The position numbers and the translations under genes are program-made. The notes below the pieces were generated by a model, which had not been told where the DNA came from, searched no databases, and saw only the letters and a list, made by a program, of their open reading frames with translations. Shown in pieces: positions 27,194 through 35,200 of a stretch of DNA of 55,965 nucleotides. The stretch is from a virus (lineage: Duplodnaviria > Caudoviricetes): the IMG/VR virus record IMGVR_UViG_3300012952_004103, positions 1 to 55,965 of that record, one strand, 5' to 3'. How positions within the stretch are numbered: the first letter of the stretch is position 1; each line of letters begins with the position of its first letter.

Positions 27194-27463
27194 ATGTCAA
27201 ATACATACGAAGCACAACTATATCGTACCTTAGTTGATGTTAATTCTGTTACGAAATCAAATATTGGTACAAATCTAATGAATGCAGTTGCTTCAGGTTC
27301 ACTAGCAATTGATGATTATCTTTTAAAGCAAGTAGTTACAATCGTTAATAGCACGGTTGATCAAGCAACGGATACACTGCATTCCCAGGTTTTACGTATA
27401 CAGGAATCTCAAACAACTACGAGTACTCGAAAGAAACCGACCGGTCGTAAAACCACGAAGTAA
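27194..27463 (+). CDS. Hypothetical protein
   Basis: AAGGAG SD and a basic tail. Confidence 0.7.
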   Translation: MSNTYEAQLYRTLVDVNSVTKSNIGTNLMNAVASGSLAIDDYLLKQVVTIVNSTVDQATDTLHSQVLRIQESQTTTSTRKKPTGRKTTK

Positions 27464-27467
27464 AAAA

Positions 27468-27941
27468 ATGCGTGGTGTTAAGCATTTAGTACAGTGTCAT
27501 TGCATATTACCGCAATATAGGGATAGAAAGAACCCAATATTTCATCAATTTGTAGTTTTCTCTATAATTGATGACAGTGATACTGTTGTACCAAAATATG
27601 TACAATGCAACAATTGTGCTGTTGTACATAAGGTTATTGATATATGCCGCACTGAGCTAGCTGTTGGAAGAGATGAACTATCAACAATGGTTGCTATTGA
27701 TGATGTTGCTATAACGATCCCACAAGACATTCGGTCTGTGTTGGAAAGCTATAAAGCAGATATTGCAACGTGGGAAAATGTTCAGTTTATTTTGCAACAA
27801 GAACAATGGGGCAGTCATGTGGTATTAACCCAGGATTCATTAGATGAAGATACTCAAGGAAAGTTATTGATATTTAATGGGCCCTCAAAATTTAACATTG
27901 AAACATTTGTAAGGAAAGATGTTATTAGCATGGAGGTATAA
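27468..27941 (+). CDS. Hypothetical Zn-binding protein
   Basis: Likely start MRGVKHLVQCHC. Contains CxC, H and CNNC. Confidence 0.7.
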   Translation: MRGVKHLVQCHCILPQYRDRKNPIFHQFVVFSIIDDSDTVVPKYVQCNNCAVVHKVIDICRTELAVGRDELSTMVAIDDVAITIPQDIRSVLESYKADIATWENVQFILQQEQWGSHVVLTQDSLDEDTQGKLLIFNGPSKFNIETFVRKDVISMEV

Positions 27942-27944
27942 GGT

Positions 27945-28187
27945 ATGAGTATTAAGAAATATGGTACTACTAGTTTAGAGTCTGCTGTGAAGGAAGTTGC
28001 AATGTCTAGAGAGATTGTAGCAGAAATCCTTAATTTTGGTGTCTCACAGCAACAAATCCTTCGTGTAGCCTATTTATTATCACTTGAATTAGAAAATAGA
28101 GAGATGATGATAGATATATCTGGATGCATTAAGAAGCATATGGATAGTTTGGGAGAACCCCAAAAGAAAAGCGTAATTGAAACTTAG
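27945..28187 (+). CDS. Hypothetical protein
   Basis: GGAGG SD, tiles the operon. Confidence 0.7.
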   Translation: MSIKKYGTTSLESAVKEVAMSREIVAEILNFGVSQQQILRVAYLLSLELENREMMIDISGCIKKHMDSLGEPQKKSVIET

Positions 28188-28197
28188 TGAGGATAAT

Positions 28198-28389
28198 ATG
28201 AGCGCAATTATTGATAAATGGAATGAAATAAAGGTTCTAATGGAAAGCCTTGAGCTTGATGTACATAAGAATGCTAGTGGAAATGCTTCCGCTGGTGTTC
28301 GAGCACGTCGCGGCCTTCGTGCCCTTAAGTCTTCTTCTGCAGAGCTAGTAAAGTTAACAATTCAAGAGGAGAAGGCCCGCAAAGGTTAG
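28198..28389 (+). CDS. Hc1 histone H1-like small DNA-binding protein
   Basis: GAGGA SD before ATG 28198. GNASAGVRARRGL resembles the GNKAAGxRAR signature of the Hc1 family. Confidence 0.7.
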   Translation: MSAIIDKWNEIKVLMESLELDVHKNASGNASAGVRARRGLRALKSSSAELVKLTIQEEKARKG

Positions 28390-28392
28390 TCA

Positions 28393-28733
28393 GGGGACGA
28401 AACGGGTTCGACGGGGTAATGGAGATTAAGAGTGCAAGTAACCAACGGTAACAAGTGGTTTGACAATGTTACAAAATTTTAATTGCCAATAATAACGACA
28501 ATTACGAATACGCCCTCGCGGCTTAATCGGGTGGCTGCCTAAAGCCATCTATCCAATTTAGGCTAAGTGGTTGATCCCACCGAAATAAACAAGATCAAAA
28601 CTCCTTCGGCCACGGACTATGGAGGATAACATACAGTGGATGCTTTGTTGGTTTAAAGAAACTAACTAAACTTGTGAATGACTTGAAATTAAAATTGTTT
28701 CGGACGCGGGTTCGACTCCCGCCGTCTCCACCA
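28393..28733 (+). ncRNA. ssrA: tmRNA (ssrA), tag ANNNDNYEYALAA
   Basis: 5' GGGGACG...TTCGAC and 3' T arm GCGGG-TTCGACT-CCCGC-CGTCTCC-ACCA with a G3:U pair. Tag reading frame at 28485-28526 ends YALAA-TAA. Confidence 0.95.
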
Positions 28734-28734
28734 T

Positions 28735-29889
28735 ATGGAGATTATAATGGCTAGCTATCTTTCTAACATTAGAAAAACTGGTACTAACAAAAGAGGAAAA
28801 AAAATGAGTACAAAAGATAAAGAAAACCAGGACGATACGTATATCAATCCTGCAGAGGATGATTGGGGATTCGTTGGTGGAATGGATGAGTCTGTTGTAG
28901 TCGATGATAGGCTGCTTCCAGACAATACTGCAAAGAGTGCACTAAATTGCGGATTTGTAGGAGTCGGTGGTGGTGGCGGCAAACTGGCCAAGGCATTTTT
29001 AGACTTAGGGTTTAATAAGACACTCTTAGTTAACACTACGGAAAAAGATCAGCCTGGTGGTGTTGATGCTGCACACTTCTTAAACGTACCAGATACCGAT
29101 GGCGTAGGGAAAGATGTTGATCTTGGTAAAAAAGTTTTAGCAGATAACAGCGCATTAGTAGAAGATGCATGCCGGAGCCGACTTGGAAAATTAGACTGGT
29201 TATTTGTATTAGCCGGTGGTGGTGGCGGCACTGGATCAGCATGTCATTCACTACACGGTGCTTTTGAACGATACCTTAAGAGCCTTGAGTCAGATGGTAA
29301 TGTGGTGTATATTGTTAGTAAGCCATCAGCGCAAGAACTATTAAACCCAGCTATCAAAACAAATTATGAAACCCTGCTAAGTGATGTTGCAGGGGTACCC
29401 CATATCGTAATTGATAATGAAAGGCAACTACAGTTGCTACGCGGTAAGGTAGGTATGTTGAATATGTACCCAGCAGCTAACTCTGCATTTGCAAAAACAG
29501 TACATCAGGTACTTAAGCTAGCAGCGACCCCATCCGAGATATCAGCGTTTGATTCGAATGATCTTGAAAGATGTTTATCTGTACCTGGTAGAATATTCTT
29601 GGGAAGTACTGTTGTGAAGGACCCAAGTGGTCGTGACTTAGGCGCAACGGTTTTCCAAGGTAGCCTTAGGGGTTCCGCATGTCCGTCCCCCACAGGACAT
29701 CCTGCGACCGGTGTGCTACTGTTACTAGTAACATCGGCTATGGCTGGTGATCCAGATATTAGCAATAGACTAGAAGCTGCTAGCGCATATGTTGGTGGTA
29801 GAGCAGACACACTTTTCTCTGGCATCTATGTTAATGATAGTTTGCCTGGTTTAATTGCGTTAACGATATTCGGCGGAATGAAAGAATAA
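28735..29889 (+). CDS. Tubulin/FtsZ-family GTPase (PhuZ/TubZ-like); exact start uncertain
   Basis: FVGVGGGGGKL, VNTT..D, DGVGKD..LG, AGGGGGTGS signature, IDNE, and T7-loop-like FDSNDL. Confidence 0.85.
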   Translation: MEIIMASYLSNIRKTGTNKRGKKMSTKDKENQDDTYINPAEDDWGFVGGMDESVVVDDRLLPDNTAKSALNCGFVGVGGGGGKLAKAFLDLGFNKTLLVNTTEKDQPGGVDAAHFLNVPDTDGVGKDVDLGKKVLADNSALVEDACRSRLGKLDWLFVLAGGGGGTGSACHSLHGAFERYLKSLESDGNVVYIVSKPSAQELLNPAIKTNYETLLSDVAGVPHIVIDNERQLQLLRGKVGMLNMYPAANSAFAKTVHQVLKLAATPSEISAFDSNDLERCLSVPGRIFLGSTVVKDPSGRDLGATVFQGSLRGSACPSPTGHPATGVLLLLVTSAMAGDPDISNRLEAASAYVGGRADTLFSGIYVNDSLPGLIALTIFGGMKE

Positions 29890-30156
29890 CTAAAGACTTT
29901 TAAGGTCACCCTTAGTCATTAGCTTTTTGAAAATTAATTTTTCAATTTGACATATTCTCATTCTGGTCACGCCAAAAATATCACCTATTTCTTGGAGTGT
30001 TTTTTCACCTTGCCTGGCCGATATCATAATACAATTTTGAGATTTATCACAAGACTGCCAATAACGGCAGTCTTTTTTTTGACATGGGACCTTGTGTTTT
30101 TCATGTTCATTATGGCATGTGGTGCCTAATATTACTAATTCGCTCTTTTTCTTCAC
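29890..30156 (-). CDS. Stand-alone sigma70 region-4 HTH protein with Cys-rich N-terminus
   Basis: TLQEIGDIFGVTRMRICQIEK..F.KL matches region 4.2. Five Cys lie upstream. GTG start after GAGGT. Confidence 0.8.
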   Translation of the reverse strand: MKKKSELVILGTTCHNEHEKHKVPCQKKDCRYWQSCDKSQNCIMISARQGEKTLQEIGDIFGVTRMRICQIEKLIFKKLMTKGDLKSL

Positions 30157-30265
30157 TACAACCTCTACCTATCTTAAGATATATTTTTGCCCGCATCCTA
30201 GTTATTAATATAATCGGACTGTATGATTTGGATAGATTTAATCGAAACACAAATATGGAGAATGC

Positions 30266-31564
30266 ATGAGTAATAGAAAAATCTTAGTCTTAGACACGTC
30301 AGTTTTGCTTTATGATAAGGAAGCGATTCACTCTTTACCAGGAAATGACATTATAATTCCATTAACGGTATTAGACGAGCTAGACCGCTTTAAAGAAAAG
30401 AAAGGACTATTAGGAGAAAATGCTAGATATGTTAATCGGTTCCTCGATACACTACGAGAAGAGGGGCGGCTTGACGAAGAAATTAGATTAGAAGAAAATG
30501 ATCAAACGATTAGAGTAGAAATAGAAGGTAGCAATGAAATCAAAATACCAGAAGGGCTAGATGCTAAACATGCTGATAACCGGATTCTAGCTACTGCACT
30601 TTTCTTACAGAGATCAAACCCAGGTAAGATTACCAAAATAATCACTAAGGATATTAACCTGCGTGTGAAATCTGATGCTTTAGGTTTGCCGGCTGAGGAT
30701 TATTATAAGGATCATATCGAGACAGATGAGATCTATACTGGAGAAGCTGAACTGTATCTCAGTGATAAAGATGTTGATCACTTTTTTGAGTATGGAAAAA
30801 TTGAAGAGCCGGAAATTGATATAGAGTTGTTACCTAATCAGTTTGTTTTAGGCAAAGGGGGCTCAGGTGGTTCAATGCTCGGAATATACAGGGATAATAA
30901 TATTGAGAAATTAACACAGTCCGAGGCATGCAAACATGTCGGGATTGAGCCTAGAAATAAAGAACAAAAGTTTGCGTTAACGTTATTAAGTGATCCAGAT
31001 ATTCAGCTAGTGACCCTAACGGGCATTGCGGGATCCGGAAAAACATTTCTTACCTTACTGTCAGCAATGGGACACCTGGGGTTAGAAAACTATAAGAGAA
31101 TTATTTTCACACGTTCAATTGAGCCCGTAGGAAGAGACTTAGGTTACCTACCAGGTGATATGGATGAAAAGATGGCACCATGGCTAGCACCAATAGTTGA
31201 TAACTTTCGGCATGCATTTGGTGATACAACATACTTTGAATGTATGAGGCAAAAGGGACAGATTGATATTGCTCCCTTATCCTATATCAGAGGTAGAACG
31301 TTTAATGATTCTTTTGTGATTGTTGATGAAGCACAAAATGCTACCATCCATGAACTAAAAACCGTTATAACAAGAATTGGTCATGGGTCAAAGGTGGTAC
31401 TATTAGGTGATACAGACCAGGTTGATACGCCATATATTGATAGCAAATCTAACGGTCTTTCAATCATTATAGAAAAGTTTAAGGATTCTAGTTTGGCTGG
31501 GCATATAAGGTTAAGCAGAGGTCAGAGATCTGATATTGCTACATTAGCATCAAAGATTCTTTAG
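30266..31564 (+). CDS. PIN-PhoH fusion protein (PhoH2-like)
   Basis: PIN motifs VLDTSVLL, ELD, ADNRIL and TKDINLR. PhoH motifs GIAGSGKT, GYLPG, RGRTF, DEAQN and GDTDQ. Confidence 0.93.
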   Translation: MSNRKILVLDTSVLLYDKEAIHSLPGNDIIIPLTVLDELDRFKEKKGLLGENARYVNRFLDTLREEGRLDEEIRLEENDQTIRVEIEGSNEIKIPEGLDAKHADNRILATALFLQRSNPGKITKIITKDINLRVKSDALGLPAEDYYKDHIETDEIYTGEAELYLSDKDVDHFFEYGKIEEPEIDIELLPNQFVLGKGGSGGSMLGIYRDNNIEKLTQSEACKHVGIEPRNKEQKFALTLLSDPDIQLVTLTGIAGSGKTFLTLLSAMGHLGLENYKRIIFTRSIEPVGRDLGYLPGDMDEKMAPWLAPIVDNFRHAFGDTTYFECMRQKGQIDIAPLSYIRGRTFNDSFVIVDEAQNATIHELKTVITRIGHGSKVVLLGDTDQVDTPYIDSKSNGLSIIIEKFKDSSLAGHIRLSRGQRSDIATLASKIL

Positions 31565-31621
31565 ATAAGCTAGACTTTATTCGGATCACTCAATATTTAC
31601 TAAAGTATTGGGAGATTTGTA

Positions 31622-31966
31622 GTGAGCTATACTAAATTCACAAAAAGAGATAGAAACCGTTTTAAGAAGATCTACCCGTTCGTTAAGCGAACTCCGAGGT
31701 GGGCATATTGGAGTCCTGTCAATTTTCAAATGGAGATTGGCGAGGTTGAGTTTGAAGGTGAGACCTATAAGTCATTTTCTTTCGACGAGCCGTTCCCGGC
31801 ACCTCCGGAAAATCCACCCATCATTACTGTAACTTCTCTAGATCCGCAAGAAGCTATTAATGCTAGCGTATTTAATATCTCACACACCGGTGCGGATATT
31901 AGCGTCACTAACCCTTATTATGGAAAAGTTATGTGGCATGCGATCTGGATTGAGTGTCCGGAATAG
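31622..31966 (+). CDS. Small tail-fibre-associated beta protein (putative)
   Basis: FDEPFP.PP.ITVT...WHAI pattern, similar to the next ORF. TANTTA motif upstream. Confidence 0.5.
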   Translation: MSYTKFTKRDRNRFKKIYPFVKRTPRWAYWSPVNFQMEIGEVEFEGETYKSFSFDEPFPAPPENPPIITVTSLDPQEAINASVFNISHTGADISVTNPYYGKVMWHAIWIECPE

Positions 31967-31974
31967 GTAATAAG

Positions 31975-32244
31975 ATGGGATTAGTAGATACAAAACTAGA
32001 TGTACCTCAGTGGATTATTGAAGTAAAGAGCATCGATATGACAGGAAAATATCGAGAAAAATATAAATTCAAAGCAGAGTTTAGATCACCTCCAGTCGTT
32101 ACCGCGTCTGTCTTAAGCCCTAGTGGGGAACCCATGGGTAATGCAGATGTGCATATTGTGTCTGTCACAAAGAAAGAGGTTGATATCTCAATTAATGCAT
32201 ATGTTCCTGGTATGCATGTTCAACTACACGCCATAGGAAAGTAG
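31975..32244 (+). CDS. Small tail-fibre-associated beta protein (putative paralog of the previous gene)
   Basis: FKAEFRSPPVVTAS...LHAIG. Likely start at ATG 31975. Confidence 0.5.
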   Translation: MGLVDTKLDVPQWIIEVKSIDMTGKYREKYKFKAEFRSPPVVTASVLSPSGEPMGNADVHIVSVTKKEVDISINAYVPGMHVQLHAIGK

Positions 32245-32257
32245 GAGTTAATAAGAC

Positions 32258-35200
32258 ATGGGATTTGAAAATAGACCAAAAGATTTTTTCGCCAAACAAA
32301 TTAGGTCATCGCATCTAATTGCATCAGGTGGAATTATTGATCCTGCATCCTCCGATTGGGATGAACAACTTCCCAATCTTAGATTAATGATCTATCCTCG
32401 AGATACCTTAGAGGTTGCGTCCTCAGCTACAGGAACAGATTATATCGAGGGTGCCTTTGAGGGAATTGTACCTCCCCAGTTGCTAGATGATGGCGATGGC
32501 TCAGGGCTAAAAGTCGGTAATGACGTTTGGCTTTTTGTTTCAGGCGCTCAGCATACACATCATACATACACCGAAGATGGTGAAGAAGCATATGCAGAAG
32601 TAGAAAAAAGAGCCAAGAGCGGAGTGGTTCTCTTCGGAGGTGATGTTGTAATTTCTGGCACCTTGTTTGCAGAAAGACAAGTTGTTGAAGTTGATCTATC
32701 ACAAGAAGGTGAACTATTTATTTCTGGTAACCTGGTAGCCCAAGATTATACTGCTGATATTAATTTTGTTCAGTTTATGGCACCGGAAGATGATTACCCT
32801 CGTGACTGGCTAACAGGTGAAGATGCTGCACTAACTTTTCATCAAGACGTAATCCAAGCGCTGGTTGACATTTATATTGATGAGTCAATTTTGAGGTTTA
32901 CTGCCGGTACTGATCATGTCGGCGAAAATGGTAATGACTGTACAATACAGTTTATTAATGGTACCGGCACATCTATAAATAATACCGCGGCACCTGACTA
33001 TGTAATTACCTTTGAACCAGGTGTGTCGACCCCTAATGATATAATTGCATTATCAAATGCAGCCGAAGTGGTCATTGAAGCATTTTCTGATGGTGGTAAT
33101 CTATCTGATGCTATCGATGCTAGTCTATCTCTAGAGTTTAGTGGCGGAGGGGATGGAATTCATGAGCTAGCCGGGGGTGTTGATACATCAGCAACTACGA
33201 TGTCTTCTGTTCCAGATGCAGAGGGTGATTTACACAATTTTTCAGATGCACCTGAAGGTTGGTCAACTAACAGTGTTATAACTGTTGCTGAGCTAAACGA
33301 AGCAATTGCCTCACATCGTGGAGATAGTTTAGGCCAATATGAGGATCGTGAGGCTGCTATTATCGGTGGTGCTGTATATGATGCATACGACCCACGCCCA
33401 ACAGGGCCACAGGGCACCGGGCATACCTTATTTAACATTGATTCAATTAATCATTACGTAAGCATTAATGCCTCCATCCCTAGCGCGTCACTAGATATAA
33501 GAAGACAAAATTCAGGCGCCACAAACACCCAGGATCAAATAATCCTTTTATCTGAGCCTGGTGACTTAATTGGCGGTTCATCTACACCCTTACTTTCTAT
33601 GAAGGATGGTAATACTGGGGCCGCGGGGCATCATGACGACACTGCTTTTTATGTTTGGGGGGTTCCTGGTGGTAAAGCAGGGTTTACTCCTGGCACAAAT
33701 CCTGACTACACAGTTGGTGTATTCGGAGGAGATCTTGTAGTATCTGGTGCGCTATATAATGAATCCGGATTTTTAGACATATCTTCTACACATGATCATA
33801 TTGGAAGTCCAGCTAGTGACCCAACGACTGATCCGGATGTACCGGGTGATGGTACTGTTATTGGTACATTACAATTTTCTGGCACTGAAACAGCTGGAGA
33901 CCTTGCTAGCGGAAAGGCAGCCAGAATAGAGGCTGAGGCGGCTGAAGACTGGAGTCCAGGTGACACTCCCGCAAGATTGAATTTCTTTACAAACCATGGC
34001 GGTGCTGTTTGGGATGATGACGGGCCTATGGGTGGTAGCGCGGAGAGTACCACCGACGGTTTGGCTATGACGATTGATCATAATCAAACGGTGGGTATTG
34101 GTATAGAGGTACCTACAGCTAAACTTCATATTAGTTCGACGTCTTCGCTAGACTCAGATCACCAGTTACTGCTTCATGAGGCTGACACTGGGTTTTCAAG
34201 ACTTTCATTTACAAACGAAGAAGATACCGCTGGTCCGTTTGGGCAATCGCACGAATGGACTATAGCTGCGAAACCAGAACCTCAAGGTAGCAACACAGAT
34301 GCCAGGCTTAATTTTTACTACGGTGATGGTGATAATGCCGGCGGTGGGGTTGATCACGTCGTTATAACCGGTGCCGGACAGATTGGTGCTGGGGTTAATT
34401 CCGCTACTGGGCCGGCAGCAAGGATTCATGCAAAGATTGGGGACGTTGCAGAAACACTAGCACTCTTAGAGTCAGGTGATACCCCTGCCAAACTACATAT
34501 CAAGAGTGATAATAACGCTGTAATCATGCTGGAAGCGGATGCTAATAATGCCGGCGGTGAAGATAATAACCCATATATTCAGTTTCTTCAAGATGGTGGG
34601 TCACATAAAGCTATTATTGGATTGGTTGGTTCCTCCGGAGAAGATCCAGAAGGAGAACCATTTTCAGACACTTTAGCAAATAGCTTATTAATCGGTGGAG
34701 AAAATACGGCTAGCTCAGTTGATCCCCATCTTCAATTTGGTACTAGGGATGAAGTGAGGGTAACAATCCGCCGTACAGGTGAAACAGGGATTGGTACTAA
34801 TGATCCTAATCAACATGTAGAAATTCAAAAAGATGATGTACAGCTTAGGCTTTCATATGATGAAACAAACTATATTGATTTTGAAGTTGACAGTACGGGT
34901 GATTTAGATGTAACCGGTAGTTCAACTTCTAATATCAGGCACAGAGTTACAATTCATGGTGCAGATAGTGGTGTAGCTGATGGTGGGTTTTGGGGGTTAC
35001 TTGATCCGGAAGATCCATTAAGCGGATACGCGGATGTAGCCGGTGAAGCTGCAGCTACTAATCCAATAAAAATAATAGGGCTTAAAGAAGACAATACAGA
35101 TTATGACGATGCTGGTACCCCGGAAGAACCTAAGGTACTAGTAATTTTAGAAGACGGTACAGTCGCATACAAATCGGGCGGGCTTGGAGGCGCGCAACTT

